This document shows positions 36,660 to 49,213 of a stretch of DNA of 54,719 nucleotides, piece after piece. Within the stretch, counting starts at the first letter, position 1; every line of letters starts with the position of its first letter. Made by a program: the position numbers and the translations under genes. The stretch lies in assembly GCF_018977255.1 (NCBI RefSeq), contig NW_024705316.1:1-54719 (forward strand), read 5' to 3'. Source of the DNA: Callorhinchus milii (taxonomy: Eukaryota). The notes beneath the pieces are model-generated. The model was not told the DNA's origin, made no database searches, and worked only from the letters and a program-made list of their open reading frames with translations.

Positions 36660-37455
36660 CTTTTGCAAAACACGGGCTAATTTGTCAGTCACTCCTGAGA
36701 TATGGAATTTTAATTGTTTGAATAATCTGATCACTTTCAGCAGTGTTGCTTTGGCGTTCGTGATTTGGCATTCAGTGCTCTGTTAATTTGAGCATTATTG
36801 TAGCCATTCTGTCGCAGTGCTTCTTTAACATGTTTAATGTCTCCCACTTGACTTTCACCATCTGACACTGTTTTAGCCAGATGTATGCGTTTTTTTAAAC
36901 GAGAGGATTTCTGAGCTGGGTGATGATGTGAATCTGCATTCAGATCGGCATCAGTGTGCGTTTGCTTTCGGTAAACGCTGCGTGTTATTTTGACATTTAA
37001 ACCATGTCCAAGCAAAATATCTATGAACGGAAGTGTGTTATTCACCTCCATTTCCATGGTGAACTGGATGGCTGGGTTTTGTGCATTGAGATGATTTAGA
37101 AAATCATTAAGTGCATCTTTACCATGTGGCCAGACAACCAAAGTGTCATCAACATATCTAAACCAAAAATATGGTTTTAATGTACTTGAGGCAAGTGCTC
37201 TTGTTTCTAAGTTTCCATGTACAGATTTGCTATAGCAGGAGATAAAGGAAAGCCCATTGCGGCTCCTTCCTTTTGTTTAAAGAAATCACCTCTCCATAAA
37301 AAGTGTTACTTAAACAATGATCAGCTAGTTTCGGGATATCTTTTGGTAAATCTGTATTCTTTACTAGTGTATCAAGTAATTTAAGCGACTCATTCACTGG
37401 AACCTTTATGAATAGAGAGATCACATCAAAACTCACAAGCATATCATTTAGGGTT
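36660..37455 (-). mobile_element. Degenerate Penelope-like RT fragment
   Basis: LVSFDVISLFIKVP, WFRYVDDTLVVWPHG, IQFTMEME..LPFIDI..VYRKQTHTD..SHHHPAQK. A family B arm abuts it, inverted, at 37485-37625. Confidence 0.88.
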
Positions 37456-38360
37456 ACTCAAATTTTAAATGATGTTGATTCACTCTTCAACACACCGGTG
37501 GGCTAAATTGAACTATTTGTCCTTTGTAAACGTGACACATTTTTTTACTGTTTGGCCATGTCGGGTGGTGGAGGTTACGACACATTTATAAATAACGCAA
37601 TCTAACCCAAAAACGTTTATTATGGACTGTGTGATGTCAGATGCATTTTCACTATTATCAGCCCAGCCAGCACCCGGCCTGACTTGGTCACGAGCCAGAT
37701 TCAGATGGCTTAGCATTGTTTGGTTCCGGCTCGGCTCAGTGGACAAACCAAGCATACCGCAATGCCCACGTGCGGACTAGCTTGGATTTTCCAATGAAAA
37801 AGGGTAAAAGTGGTGCAAAGCTGCATTCTGACAATCTATCCTCCAGCTTGATCGCATAAAGGTTATCAGACACATGTTTCCCCAGCCCCTTGTGTTATAA
37901 AGATACACAAATTATTTGGCGATACTGCATCTGCCTAGCTAGTGATCCATTACCACAAACATAACAACACGCCATGTGCTATGAAGATGAGCTACTGCCT
38001 GAAACATCACCAATTAGATATATATTTTTTAGTTTAAGGCCACAGTGTTATTGACAAATGTGTTGAGTTTTCTTGCTGTAAATTTGTGCTCAGTTGCCAA
38101 TGAGCCAGTACATGTACGTGAAGTAAAAACCCACACACAAAAAGTGAGGGTGCATATAGGACAAATAAGTAATAAAATTATTGGCCATACCCTTGAGCGT
38201 ATGAATAATTGACCCATGAAAAAAATTGCATAATGAAGGGAAAATATTTTTACTCCCTTAAAACCAACAAAAATTTTAATGAGAATATATTGTTCAAATA
38301 GCACGTGACCTTAACAAAAATAACCAACAGAAGTTGTTTTAATAATTTGTAAGAACATAC

Positions 38361-38616
38361 CAGGGGCTCATCCCACATGACATCTTCCTCCTGCTCATCT
38401 TGGTCACCGCTCCCCCGTCCTCTCCGTAGCCGCCACATCTTCTTCCTCCTCCTCCCCCCATTCCCAAGAGCGCCCAGACCTGCACCGTTCTCCTCTCCTG
38501 AGTCTCCACTTGAAGAGCATGAACCGCCACGCTCTCCAAGAAGTGTGGCGGTTCTCTCACTTGGATCCGGCCTTCGGTGCTCGTTGGCTTACTCTCGCCT
38601 TCTGTGGGCTCCTGCC
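38361..38616 (-). CDS. RNF17: Putative acidic linker exon of the RNF17-like gene (frame uncertain)
   Basis: ttctcag| ... GDQDEQEEDVMWDEPL|gtatgt; requires frameshift correction. Confidence 0.4.
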
Positions 38617-38956
38617 CTGAGAATGTCAAGTGACACGGTGTTTAAGATCTCGTTATTACTTTACGATTTCATACCCAACTCTTCAAAAGATATTCGATGG
38701 TCCTAACCAAAAGCATTAAACAAAATTCTGGAACGAATATGAAGAAATCAACCCACAGAGTTGAGTTGCATTTCACACGGTTATAACGCACTTTTTTTTG
38801 GCTACGGAGACATTTAAACCACTAAAGTGATGCCACCAAAGGCGGTACCCACAAGTGAAACATATCCGGTCTGTGCTCACGGACTATGGAAAGCAGTAAA
38901 TAATGTGGTCCCAAGCCCTGACAGAGAGTTGTTGTTGTTGGTGCTGCTGTGTAGAC

Positions 38957-39064
38957 CTGTGGGCTGCACTGTTCCCCATCGAGAGGCTCAGCCAACGCCA
39001 AAAGAGCCTCCAGGGAGCCCTGTTGCTCTGTGTAGACATCCACTTGGAGGGCAGTGACGCTTCA
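38957..39064 (-). CDS. RNF17: Putative RNF17-like exon (Tudor C-terminal strand)
   Basis: ctgcag|EASLP/LQVDVYTEQQGSLEALLALAEP; needs one extra C in a C run; the donor is weak. Confidence 0.5.
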
Positions 39065-39510
39065 CTGCAGGCACCTGCAAGCACACGGCGACCAGAGTTG
39101 ATTCCCGCTTACGACCAACACCAGTGATGATTATCTGAACCAGTACTCAAATGAGTACGTGGTATGGTGTGTTAAACATCACCGAGAGGGAGACAAAGGC
39201 GGCCGGGCGTGGTGCTTGCCGCCCACCCCCTTTTGTGCCGTGCCAGCCTTCATAGATGGTCGTTAACAGTACTTGCCCAACAGTGTGTTAAGCCTACATG
39301 GGGGATCTTTGTCTTGTGCACTTGCGTCCATGTTTACCGGAATCTTTGCTGATTGTAAACAAAGTCAACGCTGCAACCTGGGCAATGCAGTTGGCTGCAA
39401 AGAGACCACGTCCATCGTGACGAATGGTGATGTGGACAATTCTCCCGATCTGTTTGCGTGTACAGGCACGTGGATGCACTGTGAAGGCTGCTAATTTTCC
39501 TTCAAAGTAC

Positions 39511-39593
39511 CTCAGTGTCATGCGCACAGTTTGTCCACACAGCATTCTGGAGAGGTATTCAACCACCTCGGCCTTCTGTGCGTCACCTTCATC
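39511..39593 (-). CDS. RNF17: RNF17-like exon
   Basis: ttccag|DEGDAQKAEVVEYLSRMLCGQTVRMTL|gtactt. An alternative in-frame acceptor lies at 39620. Confidence 0.65.
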
Positions 39594-40354
39594 CTGGAAG
39601 CATATTGTCAGAACACCAGCCTGCAGTAACCAACATATCTTAGCAGTATCTTCACGAAAAATACGGGGGCTCTGAATGTGGCCGATGTGGGCTTTTAGTT
39701 AATATTTTACTTTCATATTGCTGTCCTTAAAAAACATACTATGGTGAAAGTATTAACTTGTTGCTTGTACACATTATAAATACAGAATTCTAAGCTGATA
39801 TACTGCACTGTAAAGGCTACCAAAATGAAATATATCAAGACAAGACAGTACATATCACATGTACCTCTGTGCATATATACCCAATGGTCACCGGAACACG
39901 TGACAAGGGAAATGGACATTGTACTCGAATATGCAAACGACTTGAGTAGACGGCTAATAATCCATTTTCACTCACAAAGGCTGCATCTACACAGCTAGAG
40001 ATAGCTTCCACCTACCGCCACCTTCCGTATCTACCAATTGAATATACCAAGTCTAAATTTAAGCGTTGGCAATGAGAACTACTTTTGGGCAGCAGGGTAT
40101 AAACCAGTAGTAACACACTTGTGTGTACTTCACAGTAAGCACCTGGGTGGGGGGTTCCATTCCCAACTCGGGCACCTCTCCGTGTGTGGAGTTTGTATAT
40201 TGTCTCTCTCCACCCCCTCCTGTATGGGTTTCATTCGGGTTCATCCCCATAAGCCAAAGCACACAGTGTAACTGGTACAGTAATTCCTCGGTTAATGGTG
40301 ACATCAGTTAACGTGTTTTGCGGTTAACATTACGCCTCCAATAGGACTCATATG

Positions 40355-40563
40355 TCCTTTGGGTATTCGGTCAAGTCACGTAGATAGGTTGAAAGAAAAT
40401 AACAAAAAACTACGACGTTTGGATAATTTTTTTTTCATCCTGATGACGATCGTTTGTGTGATGAAACATAGTAGTTTTTGGTTATTTTTTTCCAACAATC
40501 TACATGACTTTACCGAAAGAACCAAAGAATAATGAATTCCTGCAGTGACGAAAGCTCTAAGTC
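40355..40563. mobile_element. Older family A fold-back with a degenerate hammerhead (CTGATGA at 40440)
   Basis: TSD AGGACTC(A/G)TATG (40343-40354 / 40564-40575) and family A tail. Confidence 0.7.
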
Positions 40564-40929
40564 AGGACTCGTATGGTTTCTACTAACGTTAACATTGTTG
40601 ACTAAAGGTAACATGTTTACGTTATGTACGCAGGCGCCACTTTCAGCCAGTCCGAGTGCTCGTCAGTGGTGCTAAGCCATGCCCTCAGCCAATCAGCGAC
40701 GGCAATGTGTCCAGATCTTTCAAGGATGTGAGATCCTCACACAATCCAGTCTAGTTAAGTCTAGGATGGATAGTACGCATGCCAGCCTAAATGTTTCTAA
40801 TCGGTGCAGCGACAGACCAGAGTAGCTTCCACACAGCGTAACGCAGCCGATGAAAAGATAATGGCGCTCGACTGATTTGGAGTGAGACCTCTGCTGTTAA
40901 ACCGGAGCCGGTCATGAGCACACTGGCAA

Positions 40930-41760
40930 GGTATGGAAACTCTCCACTCTCTCCACAACTGCCGCATCACCAATTGTGAGTTGTGGGGGTGGATTGTTCG
41001 ATGGCATAAAATGCCAAGGCAGGTGCTAAGTTTTGGTGGAGCTGATTGTAAGGCCCCACTTCTAAGTGGTACACTCTAGGTTCAGCAGCAGTGCCTCCAA
41101 CTCCTCCTCTGAGTGAGCAGCAATCACCAGATCATCAGCATATACAACATGGTTGACCAATAGGGAGCCATCCCTCGACCGCACCGGGGTATCGATCAGC
41201 CTTCAGTTGTATCTGTACCCGATGGAGATTCCTCCGGTACAGCCAGGGTAAGCTTCTGTAACTACTTGGTCAAAGATTATGTTAAATAATATGGTAGCCA
41301 AAGAACAGCCCTGTCACACCCCAAGGTGAACAGGGAATGGCTCCGACTCCTGCCCACGTAGCCTTACCCGGGCCTGCCCGCCATCGTGAAGACCCTTACT
41401 CATTGTAAGCAGAGAGTCAGAGACTCTGAAAGCCCTGGCCCACTGATTGTATCATAGGCCTTGACCAGATCAATAAAGCAGAGATGTAGGTCTTGTTGGA
41501 ATTCCCTACACCTTTGCTGTAGTAAACAAACAAAAAATATGGCAATCCGTGCAGGACCGTCCTGGTCTGAAACCACATTGGGGCTCCGAAAGTCTTTCCT
41601 CAACATGTCTGGCAAGGCAATGTTGAATAACCCTTGCCAGGATCGTTCCCGGCACACTAGGAAGTGAAAGTTGTTAGATTCAGCGGCGCTGTATCTGCAC
41701 CAGATGCCCTGATGATAATCATCACCTGCATCTGTACCACAGCAGCAACAACATCACTCC
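40930..41760 (-). mobile_element. Degenerate RTE-like LINE RT fragment
   Basis: LCFIDLVKAYDTI, ESEPFPVHLGV*QGCSLATILFNIIFD, VVYADDLV. Confidence 0.8.
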
Positions 41761-41953
41761 ACCTCATTCAAAAAATTGGCAGGACCCTCCTACAAAAGTC
41801 TTGACACTTATAAGCGAGGCTGTTTATGAATACATGCATTCAATGATAAGCATAATAATAATGTGTAAACAGATTTCATGCGAGCCTTTTGTGTGCTTCT
41901 CTGGGCATGTGGGGATTGCGTGCAGCTGCAGGTGAGTGAGAGAGAGTCCCTAC

Positions 41954-42072
41954 CAGATGCGGGAAGCTCAGCTCGCACTCGAGGCAGAGCGAGGGAACGT
42001 GCGTGAAACGGTCGGTCACATGCACGGCGCCAGGTTCCACCTCGTCCTCACCCCGTGATCGACGTAACGCAC
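41954..42072 (-). CDS. RNF17: RNF17-like Tudor exon, with a -1 in a G run
   Basis: ccag|VRYVDHG/EDEVEPGAVHVTDRFTHVPSLCLECELSFPHL|gtaggg; 119 bp, one base short of 40 codons. Confidence 0.75.
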
Positions 42073-42239
42073 CTGGCACGCGCACATACCACACGCACAC
42101 AGACCACACGCACACAGACCACACGCACACAGACCACACGCACAGACCGCACGCACACCACACGCACTCGCCTTGATCAGTCGGCGTGAACATCAACAAC
42201 AAGAACGGATCATCACATCGCAGAGTTCATTCATAAGGA

Positions 42240-42495
42240 GAGCAACCCAGGCACTTGAGCAGTGTCAACAAATGATAGACACTGCTCAAGTGGCTTATCA
42301 CGTGGAAATGTAAACACGTGATGTGGATTCTAAATGTGGAAGGAAAAACAGGAGGACCCGGAGAAAAATCCACGCGACCAGAGAGAGAGAGAGACACACA
42401 AATATAAAACATAAAACAGCCATTGCCAGTCGGGATCAAACCCACAACCTCCTGTATACCAGGCGAGGTAGTTAACATCTCGCCACCTCAACGCC
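42240..42495 (-). mobile_element. V-SINE-like element
   Basis: Homologous to 26530-26672; tRNA-like head with GGTTTGATCCC. Confidence 0.65.
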
Positions 42496-42627
42496 TCGTC
42501 AACATCTCACCACAATATCAATTGCTTCTTTCGCCCGGTCATTTTCTACATTAAGGTTAATCCAGCTCCAGGCAAGCCACGTGCATCATTACTCAAGTGG
42601 CTTTGCCTTGGTGTGCGCAGCGCCCAC

Positions 42628-42806
42628 CTGGACGGTGTTTGTTTGCACATTGAGAATCTGGCCCCGGTACCAGCCTCCCGACAGCTGAACGACGCACGGC
42701 TGGCCCAAGGAAAAAGGCACATCCACTAGTCCAGAAAGGCTGCTGTTGTTGTTGCTGCTGCCACACTCCAAATCGATGGATTCCATCAGCTTCTGCAGGA
42801 CCGCAT
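42628..42806 (-). CDS. RNF17: RNF17-like Tudor core exon
   Basis: tcag|(D)AVLQKLMESIDLEC...FSLGQPCVVQLSGGWYRGQILNVQTNTVQ|gtgggc; phases fit both neighbours. Confidence 0.85.
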
Positions 42807-43242
42807 CTGACCCAACAAAAATTAGGAAACATTAAGTGGCAAAGGGTACAGTAGACTCTCAATTAATTCGTACTAATGACGAGGATGGCCACGGATAATT
42901 GAAAAATATCCATTTTCCACGGATCTCTATGCCAACAAGTAACCATCAATCGATTGATGATGGCACGTGCTCATTGAGAACAACACTTCATTGCTCCTGC
43001 GCAGAAGAATCGGTCCACCAAGTGGACAGCAGCAGAGCCACGCCAATCAACATCCATCCAACTCCACCCACTGTTGTAAATATCTGCAACTACTGTACTG
43101 TAGGGGCGATCACATGAATTTCGCATTCAGAGCAACATATTTTTCCGTTTAATCATGTGACTTGTAATAAACATTTCCAAGAACAACAATGTAGAACTGT
43201 TTTTAGATTATTAATTTGGGCTCAAGGGAAAATCCATGGCGT

Positions 43243-43410
43243 AAAACTTTCGTGACTGCAGGAATTCATATTCTATGGTTCTTTCGGTAAAGTCACGTAG
43301 ATAGAAAAAATAACAACAATAAAATAAGGAAAATATTTTTCTTATTTTATTGTTATTCTTTTGTTATTTTTTTCTATCTACGTGACTGTACCGAAATAAC
43401 TATAGAATAA
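43243..43410. mobile_element. Family A fold-back
   Basis: Tail on the left (CTTTCGTGACTGCAGG) and inverted GGTAAAGTCACGTAGATAG arms. No clear TSD. Confidence 0.7.
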
Positions 43411-43725
43411 GTAAATTAATGAGTTATTAATTATTGTAAAAATCTCAGATGCGCAGTTAATCCGCAAATTAGATCAACCGCACATAGATAACTGAGTACC
43501 GTATAAGCTTCGCCGCATCAAGGAATTCATTTAATTTAAAAGGACAGCCATGCGAGATACGTCACAGTACTTAGGCCACGCGTTAGACAGGAGAGCCACC
43601 AGCACCAATCCAATCCTGCTTTTCAATCTCTACGTTCAAACTCGATACAAAACTGCACTGTTATTTGTGTCAATCTGCAAGTCTTCTGATCGATCCTTGA
43701 TTTTCCTTCAAAACGCCACTTCATG

Positions 43726-46700
43726 TTAATTTAAGGCTTTTGTGACTGCAGGAATTGATGCTCTTGGGTCTTTCGGTCAAGTCACGTAGATAGAATATAA
43801 TAGATCACGACGTTTCGATCGCAACACAAGCAATCGTCCACAGGTGAGAGAGAGAGAAAACTGCTGAGACGAGGTCTTATTTAGACCTGAGAAGGGTTGC
43901 ATCAAGGTAGGTGGGTGGAGCTAGAGATGGTCAAACCACAGAGGCTGGGGCAGTGGACACCCAGCCTGTCAATACAAAGACATCCAACCTAGTAATGAAA
44001 CTCAGAGTCAGTTAACATTGGTAGAAAGGATGGAAACATCATAGCAAGTTAAGACTTTACCTGGTTGATCACATCCTTCTAATGATTGCTCAATTTGTAC
44101 CCATCTTCTCGGTTAAAGTTGTGTCCGTGTTTATATATCTGGATGGCTTCATAAACAAATCTTTGATGATAGCCAGTGGGTTTGCAGAGTTTCTTCGTCT
44201 TGGAAAAATCAATTTCGTGTGAGCCCACAACGTTAAAACAATGATCAGCCACGGCCGAGGTATTGGTCCTGCCGTGTTTCCGATCTGCCTTGTGTTCACG
44301 AATACGGTCCGAGACGTATCGTTTAGTTTCCCCAATGTAAATACTGCTGCAGACACAACTTGGTTTGTAGACACCGGGGTATTGCATGTCAGGGATCACA
44401 CATCCTTCCCTTATGGGATCAGATCATGCATTTTATGTACTGTGTTGAATCGAACCTGGATCTTGTGTTTGTTTATGATTTTGGAAATCTTTTTGGTGAC
44501 CCCTGCTATGTATGGCAAGGTGATGGTTTTGATTGGATCCTCAGATGGTTTTCACACACACATCTGCTGCTGTCACTTCTCCTTATGCTAAACAGACCTT
44601 GTTCAGAGGCAGCCTAGCCCTGATCTCAGAGAGAATAAGATTGCTCCGATTTGAACTAGATAGTTTAAACAAGACTCTCTTACAATCACACTTAGCATTG
44701 ACAGAAAAATGTCTACATCTGATTGGGACCATGTAGATAACATGACAGTTTCTTCAGCCACCTTAATGTCAGCCAAATATAAAGTTAACCTGATTGCTAA
44801 ATTCAGCCTCCTGTTTAAGAATAAGCCTGATCCACACTTTAAAAAGTTATACGTTAACAAGATTGTTATCAATCAGAGTAACAGCCCAAATTCTGTCAGT
44901 TTAAAATCGGAACCAGCTTAAGTGTTGAATTTCGCAGTCACCCCTAAACACATCCCAGTTGATGATATCATTGCCCAGGTCGACATAGCCCTTAAGAGTT
45001 CGGGACACATTCCTGCAGATATGGCAAGATCGGAAATCGCTGCAATCCTCAAAAACGCTAAGAAACCCATTAGCAACATCAGCAAGGATGAGCGTTTTGA
45101 GCTTGCTCAACTAAAAAGAGAGATGACAGTCATCCTCTAAGCCGACAAGGGCAATGCCACTGTCATCATGGATAAAACAACATACAACAACACAATTCAG
45201 GACCTACTCAATGATGGCAGCTATACCAAAATCAAGATATCCTCTTGAGTTTAGAGATTCTACCAACCGCCTGGTTGATTCGACATCTTTAATGGAACCA
45301 ACCAAGCGGCTCTAGACCACCCAGATTTTAAGGCTTACCAAACATCCGTAAAAAGGTACACCGCTCCATCCTATCGTCTCTACCATTGACTCACCCACCT
45401 ACAAACTGGGCCGATTTCTGTCTGAGACCTTGCTTCCATTCACTGATAAGTCCACCTCAGCTGTACTTAATTCAGCTTATTTGGTTTCTCTAATTAAAGA
45501 CATCTCACTATCTCCAGGTGATTTGCTTGTTAGTTTTGATGTGGTCTCTTTTTTCACCAAAGTTCCTGTGCCTGACACAATAGTAATCATTGAAGATTTG
45601 GTCCAACAAGGACTGAATGCTGATGTACCAACCCTGGTGAGAGACTGTCTTACCAACACTTACTTCACCTGGAATGGTACATTCTACAAACAAGATGAAG
45701 GTACCGCAATGGGTTCTCCCTTATCGCCAGTGGTAGCCAATGTTTTCATGGAAAAATTTGAGACAGATGCCGTCCAGGCATCCACCCTACGTCCTTCCTT
45801 GTGGAAGAGATACGAAGATGACACGTTCGTCATCTGGCCACATGGCCTGCTAGCATTGAACCAATTCTTCAACCACAAATTCCATACACCCAGCCATCAA
45901 ATTCACCATGGAAGTGGAAAAGAATGGCAAGTTACCATTCTTGGTTGTTTTAATCGAAACGAGACCAGAAGGCTCATTAGGACATTCTGTCTACAGGAAA
46001 GTCACCCACACGGGTGCCTATCTAAAGCCTGACTCCCACCACCATCCAGCCCAGAAGAATTCCCTCATTAAAACCCTACACCATAGGGCCCTTGCATCTA
46101 CGACCAGCACCAGCTAGCCAGTGAACTGGAGCACGTACACCAAGCCCTCAAGATGAATGGATATTCGGACCGCACAATCCGCAAAGCTGTCACCCCAACC
46201 GTGGGGAAAAATAACATCTGAGGAACCAATCAAAACCATCACCTTGCCATACATAGCAGGGGTCACCAAAATACTTCCAAAATCATGACCAAACACAAGA
46301 TCCAGGTTCGATTCAATACAGTACATACAATTTGTGATCTGATCCCATCTGTGAAGGATGGGATCCCTGACAACTTAGTTGTCTACAAACTAAGTTGTGT
46401 CTGCGGCAGTAGTTACATTGGGGAAACTAAGCGACATTTCTCGGACCGGGTTCGTGAACACAAGGCGGATCTGAAACACGGCAGGACCAATACCTCGGCC
46501 GTGGCTGATCATTGTTGTAACGCAGTGGGCTCACACGACATCGATTTCTCCAAGACGAAGGTACTCTGCAAACTCACTGGCTATCAGCAAATATTTGTTC
46601 ATGAAGCCATCCAGATATATAAACACACAACTTCAACCGAGAAGATGGGTACAAATTGAGCAATCATTGGAAGGATGTGATTAACCAGGTAAAGTCTTAA

Positions 46701-46954
46701 CTTGCTATGATGTTTCATTACTAGGTTGGATGTCTTTGTATTGACAGGTTGGGTGTCCACTGCCCCAGCCCTGTGGTTGGACCATCTCTAGCTCCACCCA
46801 CCTACCTTGATGCACCTTTCTCAGGCCTATATAAGACCTCGTCTCAGCCGCTTTCTCTCTCTCACCTGAGGACGATTGCTTGTATTGCGATCGTAATGTC
46901 GTGATCTATTTTTTTCTATCTACGCGACTTGACCGAAAGACCCAAAGAGTACGA
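43726..46954 (+). mobile_element. Penelope-like (RT + GIY-YIG) retroelement with an inverted duplication of its 3' end; likely parent type of family A
   Basis: Disrupted ORF ~44560-46690: LVSFDVVSFFTKVP, GTAMGSPLSP, RYEDDTF, VYKLSCVCGSSYIGET..RVREH. ~43750-44548 is the reverse complement of ~46214-46945. Possible TSD GCC(A/C)CTTCATG. Confidence 0.92.
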
Positions 46955-47013
46955 GCCCCTTCATGAATCCGTCGTCAACTTGCACACCGCGTGCAAAACC
47001 TCCGCGTCCTCAC

Positions 47014-47225
47014 CATTGGAAGCCAGGTGTCCGTAGATGCGACCGCTGGCGCTCACGTGCGACACCACCAGGCTGAACGTGTCGCTGGCCGGGAGGTCGG
47101 GCGCTAGGTAGGGGACACCGGCCCACCGCTGGGGTGGAACCACCGTGCGGGACAACTCCCTGACGCACGCTGCGACGAGAACCTCGCCCATTCTGCTGTG
47201 CGCCACTCCTGGATCCGCGTTCGGC
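47014..47225 (-). CDS. RNF17: RNF17-like exon (linker and first Tudor strands)
   Basis: tgtgcag|..VPYLAPDLPASDTFSLVVSHVSASGRIYGHLASN|gtgagg; 212 bp, phase 2 to phase 1. Confidence 0.8.
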
Positions 47226-47347
47226 CTGCACAAAAGCGGGAAAACCCACGATGGAAAGGACAACTCGCTATCCTCTTCCTCACCATCACTCAAGGGAGAT
47301 AACTAAGTGGCAAATAAAGGTGGTAAAATCCCTGCGAGTTGTACTAC

Positions 47348-47475
47348 CTTTTAGCATGGAAGGCCAGCCCCTCAAGTACCAGCAAGTTGCCGATGTCTTG
47401 CAGGTGGTCTTCATCTCCCTCCATTCGGCAGGAGAGCTGCACAGGCAGCGGGTTCTCGTCATTCTCCAGCTCCCC
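47348..47475 (-). CDS. RNF17: RNF17-like exon
   Basis: gtgcag|GELENDENPLPVQLSCRMEGDEDHLQDIGNLLVLEGLAFHAK|gtagta. Resembles my recollection of human RNF17 PLPVKIFCRDE..DVSKYLIKKGLA; needs BLAST confirmation. Confidence 0.8.
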
Positions 47476-47499
47476 CTGCACAGCGAGCCACACCGAGCA

Positions 47500-48679
47500 A
47501 CGACCCGCAGTGTCACACTGAGCCACAACCAGCAATGACACCTGCAGTGTCACACTGAGCCACAACCAGCAATGACACCTGCAGTGTCACACTGAGCCAC
47601 AACCAGCAATGACACCTGCAGTGTCACACTGAGCACAGCCAGCAATGAAACTCGCAGTGTCACACTGAGCCACAACCAGCAATGACACCTGCAGTGTCAC
47701 ACTGAGCCACAACCAGCATGACACCTGCAGTGTCTCACTGAGCCACAACCAGCAATGACACCTGCAGTGTCACACTGAGCCACAACCAGCAATGACACCT
47801 GCAGTGTCACACTGAGCCACAACCAGCAACGACACCTGCAGTGTCACACTGAGCACAACCAGCAATGACACCTGCAGTGTCACACTGAGCACAACCAGCA
47901 ATGACACCTGCAGTGTCACACTGAGCCACAACCAGCAACGACACCTGCAGTGTCACACTGAGCACAACCAGCAATGACACCTGCAGTGTCACACTGAGCA
48001 CAACCAGCAATGACACCTGCAGTGTCACACTGAGCCACAACCAGCAATGACACCCGCAGTGTCACACTGAGCACAACCAGCAATGACACCTGCAGTGCCA
48101 CACTGAGCACAGCCAGCAATGACACCTGCAGTGTCACACTGAGCACAACCAGCAATGACACCCGCAGTGTCACACTGAGCCACAGCCAGCAATGACACCT
48201 GCAGTGTCACACTGAGCACAGCCAGCAATGACACCGCAGTGTCACACTGAGCACAACCAGCAACGACACCTGCAGTGTCACACTGAGCACAACCAGCAAT
48301 GACACCTGCAGTGTCACACTGAGCACAACAGCAATGACACCTGCAGTGTCACACTGAGCCACAACCAGCAATGACACCCGCAGTGTCACACTGAGCACAA
48401 CCAGCATTGACACCTGCAGTGCCACACTGAGCACAGCCAGCAATGACACCTGCAGTGTCACACTGAGCACAACCAGCAATGACACCCGCAGTGTCACACT
48501 GAGCCACAGCCAGCAATGACACCTGCAGTGTCACACTGAGCACAGCCAGCAATGACACCCGCAGTGTCACACTGAGCCACAACCAGCAATGACACCTGCA
48601 GTGTCACACTGAGCACAACCAGCAATGACACCTGCAGTGTCACACTGAGCACAACCAGCAATGACACCTGCAGTGTCAC
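47500..48679 (+). repeat. 36-37-bp minisatellite, roughly 32 units
   Basis: Unit GCAGTGTCACACTGAGC(C)ACAACCAGCAATGACACCT. Confidence 0.97.
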
Positions 48680-48789
48680 CAACTGAAACCATCAAAAGCA
48701 AATATTTTCTAATGAAAATGATTTGTTACGTAATATAATTTTTTTAGCAATCTATGCAAAGTAATTTGGTCATACTTGTTGCTTTTGAT

Positions 48790-49213
48790 AAACTAAAGGT
48801 CCAGCACTCTGAAAACCCGCCTCTGACCACAACTCCGTTGCTGGGGCTCTCTCGAGACAAAGCTCCTTAACTTTTGCATTTTCTTCGTGGAGGCAAAACC
48901 CAGTCCATCCCAATCTTCCTGGCGACCGGCTGAAAAACCATTGGAAGCAGTTACCGCTCGCCCAGATCCAGGCTTCTCAGCTTAACCAAACCGGCTGTCT
49001 GAATTGTCGGTCCCAGCAAGCTGGCAAGCCCAGCAAGGGCACACCCTGGCTCTCTCTGCCCAGGATAAATAGGCAAGCAAACTCGTGTGTCATTTTTTGG
49101 AACCGTGGAGGGCCATGCCATCAGGTTGTCGCAGCACTTCAACAAGACAATCCTTCGTCCATTGCCACTGCTCCTAGAGGCTACAGCGATATCCCTACAG
49201 CCCTGAATTTGAA
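48790..49213 (+). mobile_element. Possible degenerate DIRS tyrosine-recombinase fragment (5' part)
   Basis: LHFLRGG and FNKTILRPLP resemble DIRS recombinase blocks; appears to continue after the Tigger element. Confidence 0.3.

Noticed and set aside
47500..48679. CRISPR-like array (36-37-bp partly palindromic repeats)
   Set aside because: Units are contiguous with no unique spacers, there are no cas genes, and it lies in a eukaryotic intron.
47807..48682. Repetitive hydrophobic or CxxC-containing ORFs
   Set aside because: Translations of the minisatellite; the frame is broken by 36/37-bp unit variation.
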